A DNA stretch of 43,719 nt from Armatimonadota bacterium (GTDB lineage: Bacteria > Armatimonadota > Armatimonadia > Armatimonadales > Armatimonadaceae): positions 1 through 43,719 of the forward strand of contig JAYUUO010000098.1 of NCBI GenBank assembly GCA_043754515.1, written 5' to 3'. Shown here one piece after another: positions 27,826-37,310 of the stretch (the first letter of the stretch is position 1; every line of letters starts with the position of its first letter). The notes below the pieces were generated by a model. That model saw only the letters and a list, made by a program, of their open reading frames with translations, was not told the DNA's origin and did no database searches. Made by a program: the position numbers and the translations under genes.

Positions 27826-30150
27826 TCATGGGTGCTCGGCACTCGCGAGAAGCGCGGCGATGAACACGAGCGGCGAATTATAGTAGATCGCGTTCTCGTT
27901 CGACACCCAGTCCGTGTCCACGTCCCGGTAACATTTGGCCGGGAACCGCGAATACACGCCCGCGTCGAACTTGTTCGGACCACCCGGCGTGTAGCCTTTC
28001 GGTATCGCCCCGAGGCCGCTGTTCGTCCAGCTGTTCGAGTAGATGTGGCGCACCGAGTTCGCGCCGTAGCCGCTGACATAGGAGAACCGGAGCGGGTTCT
28101 CACCGAGTATGTAGTTCATCATCCCGCGCGCCTCGCGGAGTGGTGGCCTCTTGTTGTCGGCAAGGACGCGGTCCCCCACCGCGAGCATCAGGACACTCCC
28201 CATGGCGTTCACATTAGACCCCCAGAAGTAGCCGCCCGGTTGGGTGAAGTTTGTCCACGTGTACCTGGCATAAAGCGCGAGTTGCGCCTCACTCCACCCC
28301 CTGAACTTGCCGCGCATCCACTGCACCGTCTTGGGGCGCGGGTTCGCCGCCTTCCCGTAGGCGAGGCAGCCGAGTAATGACAGGTCATCCCCGTAGCCGG
28401 TCGAGAAAGTCTCGTCCCACCGCTTCGCGTGCGACTCGATGTGCGAAGCGAAGTAGTCGCTATAGGTCGCGTCTCCGGTCGCGCGGTACAACTCAGCGGC
28501 TGCCCAAACCCTGTTGTCGGAGTCATCCGGGTCGGCCCCCGTCATGCCGGTTGCTATTATATTGTCGGGGTGCGCCACCAGGTACCGCCACCCTTTCGTG
28601 GCGGCGGCCAGAGAGCGCACGGCGAACGCAGGGTCGGCCTTCTTATAGAGTGCTGAGGCATGCGCGAGGATCGCTACCGCATTCGCCGTTGAGGCGGTCG
28701 GGCGGACGTGACCGGCCTCGCCGACCTTGTCATAAATATAACGCGCCTGCTTATCCTTATCTGGAGTTACATTCGCGTTATTGGGCCATACCTTCTGGTA
28801 GAAGCCACCCGAGGATACGTCCTGCATCTTGAGTACCCAGTCGAGTTCGTAACGGATCTCGTCCAGAAGGTCGGGGACGCCGTTCCCCGACTCGGGAATA
28901 TTGAGCGTTCCGTCCCCGAACTGCGCCGGGTACATCTCGTATGCCCACATCAGATCGCTCACCGCTCCGGCACACATCGAGACGTATTTGCCGTAATCCC
29001 CCGCGTCATACCAGCCGCCGGAAACGTCCCGTTTGGGGCCGTTCGGATCGGACTGGAACGCGAGCGCGGCGTCCTGTGGGTGCCCGACGCCGCGCGTGAA
29101 CTTCCCGGCGTGCGCCGCGTCGAGTGCCATGCCGCTACGCTGGTAGTAGTAGTACCGCGCCGCATCCCTGACAAGCGGCTCGTACAGGCCAGTTCCGACG
29201 GCGAACGGCAAGGAGTCGCCCACGCCGCCGACCGAGACGATGTACTTGCCCGGCGTCGTGAGCGCGCCGAACTCCGCCGACAAAATCTTCTCGCCGGAAA
29301 GTTCCGTGTCGTCCTCTATCACCAGGGTGAGCTTGCCGTTAAACACCGGCTTACCCGTCTTAGCGTTCTTGACAATGAACGGCGTCCCGGCGTCCGCGCG
29401 TAGCTCCTCGGCAAAACCGGAGACCAGGGCGCGCTTCGGCGCGTCCGGGGCAAAGCCGACCTGATTCACCTTGACTGGCGGTGCGGCGAGTTCCAGGTCG
29501 GGCGAGGTGATGCGGAGGTCTGTCAGATATACCGTGCCGAGCGCGCCGCCTACGACACTCTTGAAGTTCACCGTCTGCAACTTCTCGGCGCGGAAGGGGC
29601 TTCCCGCCGCGATGAGGTCGGAGATGGGTACGTGTACCACCTGCCAGTCGCCGGTAACGGTGAACGCGGAACCGGCAGATGCGGACGCCGATTCGTGCCC
29701 GTTCATGTCGCTCAAGCCTACCGCCAGCTTTTCCCCACCCCGCGCCCCCTTGATGGCGAAGCTGACAACTCCGTGAGCCATGTATTGCGTCAGGTCGCTG
29801 TTGTGCCACCAGTCGCGGGCGATCTTCACCGTCCAGTTGCCGCCCGCGCTCCCGCCGCTCTGGATCCGAATTGCCGGTTTATCCTCGTACTTCTCCGACG
29901 CGTCTAAGGGGACGCCGCCGTTCTGCAGATCGAGTGTCGCCCCGCCGGCGGCGGTCGCGGCCTGGCCGGCCAACTTCCCGTCGAAGAGCACGATGTCGCC
30001 CAGGCGGCGGTAGTCGGACATCCCGCTCACGGCGGACGCGCCCGGGGCGACGACACTGGCACTGATTGGGAGAAGGCCAGCCGACTTACAAGACGCGGCA
30101 CCGAGCAACGCGGACAGTCCGCAGAACAACGGGAGGGGGAATTTTTTCAT
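27826..30150 (-). CDS. secreted GH9 endoglucanase with N-terminal CBM-like and Ig (CelD_N) domains
   Basis: Signal peptide (possible lipobox AASC), VNQVGF, YYQRSG, GGWYDAGDY, LGENP, NENAIYYN. Confidence 0.93.
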   Translation of the reverse strand: MKKFPLPLFCGLSALLGAASCKSAGLLPISASVVAPGASAVSGMSDYRRLGDIVLFDGKLAGQAATAAGGATLDLQNGGVPLDASEKYEDKPAIRIQSGGSAGGNWTVKIARDWWHNSDLTQYMAHGVVSFAIKGARGGEKLAVGLSDMNGHESASASAGSAFTVTGDWQVVHVPISDLIAAGSPFRAEKLQTVNFKSVVGGALGTVYLTDLRITSPDLELAAPPVKVNQVGFAPDAPKRALVSGFAEELRADAGTPFIVKNAKTGKPVFNGKLTLVIEDDTELSGEKILSAEFGALTTPGKYIVSVGGVGDSLPFAVGTGLYEPLVRDAARYYYYQRSGMALDAAHAGKFTRGVGHPQDAALAFQSDPNGPKRDVSGGWYDAGDYGKYVSMCAGAVSDLMWAYEMYPAQFGDGTLNIPESGNGVPDLLDEIRYELDWVLKMQDVSSGGFYQKVWPNNANVTPDKDKQARYIYDKVGEAGHVRPTASTANAVAILAHASALYKKADPAFAVRSLAAATKGWRYLVAHPDNIIATGMTGADPDDSDNRVWAAAELYRATGDATYSDYFASHIESHAKRWDETFSTGYGDDLSLLGCLAYGKAANPRPKTVQWMRGKFRGWSEAQLALYARYTWTNFTQPGGYFWGSNVNAMGSVLMLAVGDRVLADNKRPPLREARGMMNYILGENPLRFSYVSGYGANSVRHIYSNSWTNSGLGAIPKGYTPGGPNKFDAGVYSRFPAKCYRDVDTDWVSNENAIYYNSPLVFIAALLASAEHP

Positions 30151-30159
30151 GAAGGAGTC

Positions 30160-30882
30160 TTAAATACTGGGAGACATATATTTCGGGGCGGGCGCGTTCG
30201 CGGCGGGTGCCCGTCTGGGTGCCGACTCGGGCCGCGCTGACGGAGCGGACACCTTGCCAACGGCTTCGCCCGGCGCGAGCAGACGAACGGTGCCAACGTA
30301 GAACGTGCCCTGCGTCCCGGCATTCGACATCTGAACCCAGACCCCGCCGAGATCGGGCTTATCCACGGCTTTGAGCGTGGCGAGTGGCAACACCGAGGTG
30401 GTCCACTGTTTCGCCTTCAGCGCGGGTAGCGGCACCAAAACCCAGGGGGTATTCGGATGCGCAGTGTCACGCCCTTTGATCATCCCGACGGAGACGATCT
30501 GACCTCCATCCGCCCCACCGTTCAGTGTGACTAGGAGACGATCATACTGTTTCGTAGGCATGGGCAGGTGTGATAGGTAGACGGACTGGAAGGGGTCCGC
30601 CTCGACCCGGATCGCGGACTTCGCGCCCGGCTCCAGAGTATCAGCGGCAGACTCGTGCTTTTTGGTCCAACTCCAGTCCTCCCAGCCATTTTGAAGACCG
30701 TCCCTATAGAGCAACAGCCCCCGGTCCGAGCGTGCCGAAGCGGCGACCGGGGGCAGAGGGCCACTCGCCTGAGCCACGGCGGTGTAGTCATCCGAATGCG
30801 CACGACCAAAGGCAACGTATGCCGCTATACCGACAGTGGCGAGCATGACGACAAACCCGGCAGGTTTCAGTATGATTTTCAT
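30160..30882 (-). CDS. membrane-anchored carbohydrate-binding-module-like protein
   Basis: N-terminal hydrophobic helix, LY.DGL.NGW.DWSW beta-sandwich pattern, Pro/Ala tail; start 30882 or 30897. Confidence 0.6.
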   Translation of the reverse strand: MKIILKPAGFVVMLATVGIAAYVAFGRAHSDDYTAVAQASGPLPPVAASARSDRGLLLYRDGLQNGWEDWSWTKKHESAADTLEPGAKSAIRVEADPFQSVYLSHLPMPTKQYDRLLVTLNGGADGGQIVSVGMIKGRDTAHPNTPWVLVPLPALKAKQWTTSVLPLATLKAVDKPDLGGVWVQMSNAGTQGTFYVGTVRLLAPGEAVGKVSAPSARPESAPRRAPAANAPAPKYMSPSI

Positions 30883-31082
30883 AGAGTTCGCTCTCAAAGA
30901 GACCGAGTGTTCAGCCTCAAAAAAACAACGTTCTTACAGGTAACTGTCGTCTTCAGCACTCATTAAGGTGTCGTCACGAGTTGGAATACATGCTTGAAAT
31001 AATTCATCACTCTGTAAGGATATTATACACGAAGTTGTACACAAGCACCGGGGGATCAAGTCACCATGCCCGCGAAGGCACA

Positions 31083-31358
31083 TCATTTTTTACCTGACTG
31101 AGGTGCCTGAGCTTTCATCTTATCGGCGTAAACTTTTCCGAAAGCCTCCCCCCCTGCAACCCCTTTTTGCGTCACATCCTTGGCCTCCGGGGGGGAATTC
31201 GCCGGGAGACCAACCGGGGTACCAGGGGCGGGTTTCGCGCCGCTAGTAGGGTCTTGTATTTTTTCGCCGCACCCCGCAAGCAGGGGAACGATAATCGCTG
31301 TTATAAACATGACAGAAACGATACGGCTTGGTGTAGACCGTGCACTGTACCCAACCAT
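31083..31358 (-). CDS. small lipoprotein
   Basis: Lipobox LAGC, Pro-rich linker, AAGGAG SD. Confidence 0.8.
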   Translation of the reverse strand: MVGYSARSTPSRIVSVMFITAIIVPLLAGCGEKIQDPTSGAKPAPGTPVGLPANSPPEAKDVTQKGVAGGEAFGKVYADKMKAQAPQSGKK

Positions 31359-31397
31359 AATTTACTTCTCCTTGAACACACTTCGTAGACGGGGGAT

Positions 31398-31450
31398 GGT
31401 CGGCGCGGTTGAAATCCGCGCCGACCGACAGATGACGACGTTGTCGTCAT
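31398..31450 (-). terminator. tandem hairpins after the DUF1559 gene
   Basis: ATGACGAC-GTT-GTCGTCAT (31432-31450) and GGTCGGCGCGG-TTGAAAT-CCGCGCCGACC (31398-31426). Confidence 0.6.
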
Positions 31451-31455
31451 TTGAC

Positions 31456-32355
31456 CTAGCTCGAGTAGTACCAGGTTGGGAACTGATCGTTCGGGAACGC
31501 CCCCGCCGCAACATCAGAGGGAATGATGTTCTTAATGAATACGTTTTTGAGCCAGTTTATACCCCCCCGTGGCACGGCCTTGGCGTGACCATCAAGGTAC
31601 AGGAAGTTCGACATTCCGCTGTGCCGATAACGTGGCATCTGGTTGCAAGCCTCCCAATCCGTGCGACCCGAAGTAATTGGGAAGTCGCAGTCGCCATAAT
31701 GGCCGCCCTCACCTTTACTCGCTAAAGAATAGGCATGAAGTGGGTCAGTTCCGGTGTAGAGCGCGGAGTCGGTCCAGTACCAGCGCGTCGGGCACCAGAA
31801 CGCGTAACCCCACCCATCATAATTAACACTCCCGCTTCCATTCTGACCGCCCTCTATCACACCAATCGTATTTGAGGGAGAATCAACCTCTGCCATTCCG
31901 TGAACACCATACGGATAGTAGTCGGTCGGGTGAGTGGCATCGGCGGGCTGAGGATAAGGAAACACGTCGGTTCTGACCTTGTACTGGCTCAGTTGCTCGG
32001 TCGCCGGGAACGACGGGCAATTGTACACGCCGCCGCTGTAGTTGTTGGCCTCACCCGTCTTAGTATTCACATCGCGCTTGTTGCCATTCTTGAAGTAGGG
32101 ATAGACGAGTGCCGTCCATTCTACGCCGTCCGTGCGGAATCCCATGCAGTACGTCTCATCGTAATCCTGAACATACTGCATCTGGGCAAGCCCGATTTCC
32201 TTCATGTTGGAAAGGCATGTGGCCTGCCGCGCCTTCTCACGAGCTTGCGCGAAAACGGGGAACAGGATCGCAGCTAAAATCGCGATGATTGCGATTACCA
32301 CGAGTAGTTCGATCAGCGTGAACGCGGACCGGCGGTTGTTGATTGTACGATTCAT
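31456..32355 (-). CDS. prepilin-type N-terminal cleavage/methylation, DUF1559, H-X9-DG domain protein
   Basis: [44 protein letters not shown], and [13 protein letters not shown]. Confidence 0.95.
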   Translation of the reverse strand: MNRTINNRRSAFTLIELLVVIAIIAILAAILFPVFAQAREKARQATCLSNMKEIGLAQMQYVQDYDETYCMGFRTDGVEWTALVYPYFKNGNKRDVNTKTGEANNYSGGVYNCPSFPATEQLSQYKVRTDVFPYPQPADATHPTDYYPYGVHGMAEVDSPSNTIGVIEGGQNGSGSVNYDGWGYAFWCPTRWYWTDSALYTGTDPLHAYSLASKGEGGHYGDCDFPITSGRTDWEACNQMPRYRHSGMSNFLYLDGHAKAVPRGGINWLKNVFIKNIIPSDVAAGAFPNDQFPTWYYSS

Positions 32356-32458
32356 CGTTGTTATATGCCTTTCATAGCAAATACGCCTACCAGTTAACTT
32401 CACCGTTCAGTCGGCGCGAACACCGGCTGTCGTTATCCTCTCGAAGCGCAGGACATCA

Positions 32459-33478
32459 TCAACTGGCGGGGGCGGGGCCCGTGGAACCACGCTCCACCAG
32501 TTGCGGCGCGAACAGGAACGATTCGCCCACCGTGTCCTTCTCCTCAATGCGAGCGATCAGGATCTGTGTCGCTCGCTTCCCTATCTCCCATAGCGGTTGT
32601 CTAACCGTCGTGAGCATCGGTCGGGTCTGTTGCGCGGTCGGGTAATCGTCGAACCCGATCACCGACAACTCGCCTGGAATCTCAACATTTCTCTCGAGTG
32701 CTACTTGTATCGCCAACACCGCCAGGTCGTCGTTACCCGCGAAAAGCGCGGTCGGCGGTTCCGGCAGGTCCAGTAGTGCATTCACAGCGGCAGCGACGTC
32801 TACCTCTTGAAACGAATCGCCCACGATATACTCCGCCCGCACAGGGACACCGGACCGCTCCAGCTCGCCGACAAACGCGTCGCGCCGCTCGAATACCGAG
32901 TGCTGGTTTCGGATGCCCATCAGGTGCGCAATCCGGGTGTGACCAAGCCCGAGCAGATGGCGGGCGACGAGCCTCGCCCCGGCGGCGTTGTCCGTGTCAA
33001 CGTAAGGAACGCCTTCAACGGCGGTCGGCGTCGAAACGACCACGATAGGCAAATCCAGCGCACGAAGCCCGCTCACAATATCCGACCCGATCGGCGGCGC
33101 GACCACCAGCGTTCCGTCCGTCTGGCTACTCTGCACCTGCGACGCCGACACATCCGCCGATTCCCAGGGGCGGGTGTGGACATGTATGTCATAACCCCGC
33201 GCCGACGACTCATAGAACACCCCGCTCAAAACGCCGACCGCGTAGTGGTTTGTAACGATAGCCGATTCGATACCCGGCATCAAGACGCCCAAACTAAAGC
33301 AACGGCGGTGTACCAACCCTCGTGCCATCGCGTCCGGGTGGTAATTCATTCGTCGCGCCACTTCGCGGACACGGCGGCGGGTCTCGGGGTTCACCGACCG
33401 CGTGCTGTTATTCATGACGAAAGAGACTGTGGTTATAGATACCCCACTCTCTCTCGCGACATCTCGGATTGTTGTCAT
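32459..33478 (-). CDS. LacI family transcriptional regulator
   Basis: TIRDVARESGVS..TVS.V.N HTH, AR.L hinge, SVIGFDD, LTTVRQP. Confidence 0.96.
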   Translation of the reverse strand: MTTIRDVARESGVSITTVSFVMNNSTRSVNPETRRRVREVARRMNYHPDAMARGLVHRRCFSLGVLMPGIESAIVTNHYAVGVLSGVFYESSARGYDIHVHTRPWESADVSASQVQSSQTDGTLVVAPPIGSDIVSGLRALDLPIVVVSTPTAVEGVPYVDTDNAAGARLVARHLLGLGHTRIAHLMGIRNQHSVFERRDAFVGELERSGVPVRAEYIVGDSFQEVDVAAAVNALLDLPEPPTALFAGNDDLAVLAIQVALERNVEIPGELSVIGFDDYPTAQQTRPMLTTVRQPLWEIGKRATQILIARIEEKDTVGESFLFAPQLVERGSTGPAPAS

Positions 33479-33504
33479 CTTTGCTTCTTCGCCACTCAAG
33501 TTGC

Positions 33505-33557
33505 GCAAAACGTTTTGCACGCGTAACCTATATATAGCAAAACGTTTTTACTGTCAA
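33505..33557 (-). promoter_or_regulatory. lacI promoter with two LacI-type operators
   Basis: Perfect palindrome GCAAAACGTTTTGC (33505-33518), imperfect copy GCAAAACGTTTTTA (33537-33550), minus-strand TTGACA at 33557-33552. Confidence 0.8.
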
Positions 33558-33653
33558 GGCTCTTTGCAAAATATTATTCGTTCCACCTTGCGAGGTGTAT
33601 ATGAAGGGGTCTCAGACGTGACACGGAACCCAATGCAGGAGTAAAGATCCGCC

Positions 33654-33682
33654 TTGACAGGAATAGTGGCTCGTGTTACAAT
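33654..33682 (+). promoter_or_regulatory. sigma70-type promoter
   Basis: TTGACA-17-TACAAT with extended -10 TG. Confidence 0.8.
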
Positions 33683-33743
33683 TTTACGAACAACTTTTTT
33701 TGGCAAAGTTATTTTCCAAACCGAGTGTATGGAGGATCGGTGT

Positions 33744-36218
33744 ATGACGAACTACGACGCAGAGCGTGCAGGCGATACGAGGGGGAGTGATGGGACCGAA
33801 CACCAAGACGCGGAGGCGAACCCGAGCGCAGTGGCTCTGCCGCTTCGGGTCGGCGCGGGGAATCTCCCGACCCGACCCGGCGCGCGGAGGCTATTAACGG
33901 ACAGCGATAAGCACGCGACGCGACCCGCAAGCAAGAAGCGCGGCTGGTCGAGCCTAGTCTGGCTATGTATTGTGGTGGGGATCTGCGCCGGTTCCGTCGC
34001 GATGGAGTGCGCGGCGCACATCCTCGCCAGAGTCTATGCGGATCCGCTCCCCCACTCCGGCTACTTCGCCGCGTACATCCTCGCGATAGCCGCACCGATT
34101 TTAGTGCATCGCGTCCTCCATCACCCGGCGCGGACTACGCTCTCGACAGGCTACGCGGTCACGGCGAACGCCTTCTCGCTCCTGATGGCGGGCATGATGT
34201 CACTCGCCCTGCTTCCTACCTCGCCCTTCGCCGTGATCCTGTGCGCGTTCTTCGGGTTCGGCTTGCTCGGGCTGTCCTCCTACTTCCTGCTCGCGCTCTC
34301 GATCTACCAGGCCACCCGACTGCGCGCCCTGATCCGCGAAACCGGCGTCCGTCCCGGACGTACCGCCGTCTGGAGCGCGGGTGCGACGGTCGGCGCGACC
34401 GCGCTGGTGCTGTTCATCCACCCGCTTGTCGCCGGAACGCTCCTGACGCAAGCCCTGCGGCGCGGCATTTCCCCCCGAGAAGAGCGGACGGCGGCGACCC
34501 GGTTGCACGCGCTGGGCGGTGAAAATGCCGTACTGATGCTCTGCTACCGAACGCAATTACCTCTCTGGGAAGCGGCGGGCGTGGTGCTTTCGGGGGGCGC
34601 GAGCGAGACGGGTGTCCGTGACAGCTGGCTCCGGTGGGGCGGCGACATTCGCACGGATGACCCGTCGGTGAAACAAGCGCGGCGACTTTACTTCCTGATG
34701 ACCGGCGAATCGTTCGGCAAGGCCCCCGTGCCGTGGACTATCGCAAACAAGCACCCCCAGACATGGATCACGGACATGGCGCAAGAGGACGTCGGCGGGA
34801 CCCGAGTCGGCAGAAACGCGACGGGACTGTCCCTCCGCGAGAAGACGGGAACAGTCACACCAGATACGGCCAGCGGCACCGGCGAGTGCGACCTTTCACT
34901 CACCTTCGCGAACGAGTCAGGCACCGCGAACGAGGCACGCGCCGAGATCTTACTCCCTCCCGGCGCGGTACCGGACGGCGTCTGGCTGTGGATCAACGGA
35001 ACCCGGCACGCCGCCGCGTTCGGCCCCCAGACTACAGTACGCAGGGTGTACCAGAAGGTAGCTGTGGTTCAGCGACGCGACCCCCTACTAGTGACGATGC
35101 CAATACCCGGCAAACTGCTTCTTCAGTGCTTCCCGATCCCCGCACACGGCACGATGCGTGTTCGGCTGGCACTTACGATGCCGCTGTCGCCGGACGCGAA
35201 CGACCACCAGGAACTAACCTACGCGCTACCCGCCTGGGGGGCGACTAACTTTACCGGCGCGGGCAGACTCGCAGACGCCCTAATGACTCGTGACGTTGCG
35301 ACCGGCAAGCCCCCAACACTCCCATTGAAACTGCCGATCGGAGTCGCCTGGGACACGCGGGCGGTGGCACGAGTGCCCGTACATCTGTTGATCGCCTTCG
35401 ACGCGTCAGCGGGAATGCGCACGGCGTTTGGGGCGCGGGAGCGGGACGCACTACGGTCCGCCGTTCGCGAGTTGCCGGAAGGCTCAACCGTGCGGTACGC
35501 CGCGACGGACGGCCCGCTCCAGAGCGACGATACGGGACTTCTCCGATTTAACGCGGGGCGCGACAACGTCCCATCGCTGGAGCGCGAAGCGCGGGACGAA
35601 CTCGCGGGCGACGCCGTGTTGCTTTATCTACACGCGGGAACGCCCGAGTCGGTAAGCGATCCCGCGCCGCTCGTTGAAGCTATCAAGCGGCTTCCACCGA
35701 CGGTCAACAGCCGCCCACGATTTGTCTCGCTCCTGCTTGCACCTGACGCGCCCGACACGATTGGCGACCGTGTCGCTATGCAACAAAGTGCCCGATCAGT
35801 AAGCGTCGCGCAGTACCGCGACGTGTCGGAGGCGATCCGGGCGACAGTGGCGGGGATTGCGCGGGGGGAAGATTCCCCTTCACTCGCCACACAGGGTACC
35901 CCCGCGGCTTGTCGGCTACGCGGTTATCGCGACGCACTCGCAGTCTGGTACCGGGCCAACAACTTCGGGTCGGAGGCACTCGAGGCGGCGCGGAACGCGG
36001 CACGGGCACGCCTGGTAACGCCCCTCTCCGGCGCGGTGGTGCTCGACACAGCCGACGCGTACAAGGAGAACGGTCTCGAAGCACCCGCCGACGCCGATAA
36101 GACAAAGAAACCGGACACCACTCTTGTCACGCCGGAGCCGGGCACCTGGCTCTTACTGCTCCTAAGCGTCGCGGCATGGCTACTTAGCACGCGGGTACAC
36201 CGAACGCGGGTGGCGTGA
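33744..36218 (+). CDS. polytopic membrane protein with VIT domain, degenerate vWA-like region and C-terminal PEP-CTERM sorting signal
   Basis: GGAGG SD; several N-terminal TM helices; EAR.EI.LPPG...LWING, RRDPLLV, CFPIP; LIAFDASAGM; TPEPGTWLLLLL + basic tail. Confidence 0.8.
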   Translation: MTNYDAERAGDTRGSDGTEHQDAEANPSAVALPLRVGAGNLPTRPGARRLLTDSDKHATRPASKKRGWSSLVWLCIVVGICAGSVAMECAAHILARVYADPLPHSGYFAAYILAIAAPILVHRVLHHPARTTLSTGYAVTANAFSLLMAGMMSLALLPTSPFAVILCAFFGFGLLGLSSYFLLALSIYQATRLRALIRETGVRPGRTAVWSAGATVGATALVLFIHPLVAGTLLTQALRRGISPREERTAATRLHALGGENAVLMLCYRTQLPLWEAAGVVLSGGASETGVRDSWLRWGGDIRTDDPSVKQARRLYFLMTGESFGKAPVPWTIANKHPQTWITDMAQEDVGGTRVGRNATGLSLREKTGTVTPDTASGTGECDLSLTFANESGTANEARAEILLPPGAVPDGVWLWINGTRHAAAFGPQTTVRRVYQKVAVVQRRDPLLVTMPIPGKLLLQCFPIPAHGTMRVRLALTMPLSPDANDHQELTYALPAWGATNFTGAGRLADALMTRDVATGKPPTLPLKLPIGVAWDTRAVARVPVHLLIAFDASAGMRTAFGARERDALRSAVRELPEGSTVRYAATDGPLQSDDTGLLRFNAGRDNVPSLEREARDELAGDAVLLYLHAGTPESVSDPAPLVEAIKRLPPTVNSRPRFVSLLLAPDAPDTIGDRVAMQQSARSVSVAQYRDVSEAIRATVAGIARGEDSPSLATQGTPAACRLRGYRDALAVWYRANNFGSEALEAARNAARARLVTPLSGAVVLDTADAYKENGLEAPADADKTKKPDTTLVTPEPGTWLLLLLSVAAWLLSTRVHRTRVA

Positions 36219-36296
36219 CGCGGGTCTTCAGACCGCCCACGCGAATACGGGCGGTCGAGAAGTTTGTGGTATAACTACACTAAGGAATGTATCGTC

Positions 36297-36974
36297 ATGG
36301 ATTTACCGGATTTCGAGACCGTGTTCGGAACGGCGGCGCACCGTCTGCGGGGTGTTTCCTCTTGGGATCATGTCGCGCTACTCGGCAAGGAAAACCTGGG
36401 GCGGCTACTGGATCTTTCGCGCGAGTCGGTGCTACGGCTCGTGGCGGAGGGAGGATCACGCGACGCCGCGCGGGATGTAAAGCGCGCGATTGACTTCCTC
36501 GCCGGTACGGCGGACGGATCGGCGAGAAAGCCCCTCCTTCCCCGCTTACGCATCCGGAGTTTCCGCGAAGGCCAGGCTGTGTACCTCTACATGGGCGATT
36601 CGGGGGGCGCGATCAAGCCCGCTTCCTGGGTCCCCGCCACCATCACGCGCGTGGAGAAGAGCCACAGGGCGGACTGGAACGACGGCTCCGCGAACGCGGG
36701 TTATTTCTGGCGTTGGACGGCGGTCGCAACGCTGCCCCTGTTTCCAGGGCAGGATTTCGTGCGATTTTCGACCAGTGAGCCGCGCGTTCTGCCCGCGCCG
36801 GATCTGGACTACATTCAAGGCGCGGCAGACAACGACCCGGTTTTTCGCGTCATGTTTTGTGAGAACGCCTGGCGGACGTGGGAGCCGCTCTGGTGCCTCG
36901 AGCGCGGGGCGAGCGGATCAGGCGGGGCGATGGATATGGGTTCGTGGCTGGCCGAATCGGCCCCCGCCACCTGA
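36297..36974 (+). CDS. hypothetical protein
   Basis: AAGGA SD before ATG 36297; coding-like, Trp-rich; no recognised family. Confidence 0.65.
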   Translation: MDLPDFETVFGTAAHRLRGVSSWDHVALLGKENLGRLLDLSRESVLRLVAEGGSRDAARDVKRAIDFLAGTADGSARKPLLPRLRIRSFREGQAVYLYMGDSGGAIKPASWVPATITRVEKSHRADWNDGSANAGYFWRWTAVATLPLFPGQDFVRFSTSEPRVLPAPDLDYIQGAADNDPVFRVMFCENAWRTWEPLWCLERGASGSGGAMDMGSWLAESAPAT

Positions 36975-37190
36975 TTCACCGGGGCCGACCCGGATTTACG
37001 TGGGACGGTTCGCCTCCGTCGGGCGGCGAGATGTGACGCGGGTAAGCCCGTCTCGGAACACCTCCTAGATGCTGGGGAGCGCGACGCGGTCCCGGCGCGG
37101 CCCGTGTTCTCGGCGTCCTCCATCCCCACCAGTCGGCGGCGCGATTCGGGTACGACCCATTTCATACCGCGATATTATGACGGCGTGGTA

Positions 37191-37219
37191 TTGACGGGAT
37201 CGTAATACTATGGTAGCGT
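37191..37219 (+). promoter_or_regulatory. sigma70-type promoter
   Basis: TTGACG-17-TAGCGT with extended -10 TG. Confidence 0.5.
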
Positions 37220-37310
37220 GGGTTGCTGTTAATCCGGCCTGAAAGAAGCCGGAGCGAACTTTGCGGGACGACGGACAACACGTCGGTTTCCTATTTTACC
37301 TCCAGGTTAG

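Noticed and set aside
31022..31043. TTATACACG/TTGTACACA as DnaA boxes
   Set aside because: Only two mismatched copies and no origin context.
37233..37253. Hairpin TCCGGC/GCCGGA in the lipoprotein leader as a riboswitch
   Set aside because: No match to riboswitch consensus motifs I can recognise.
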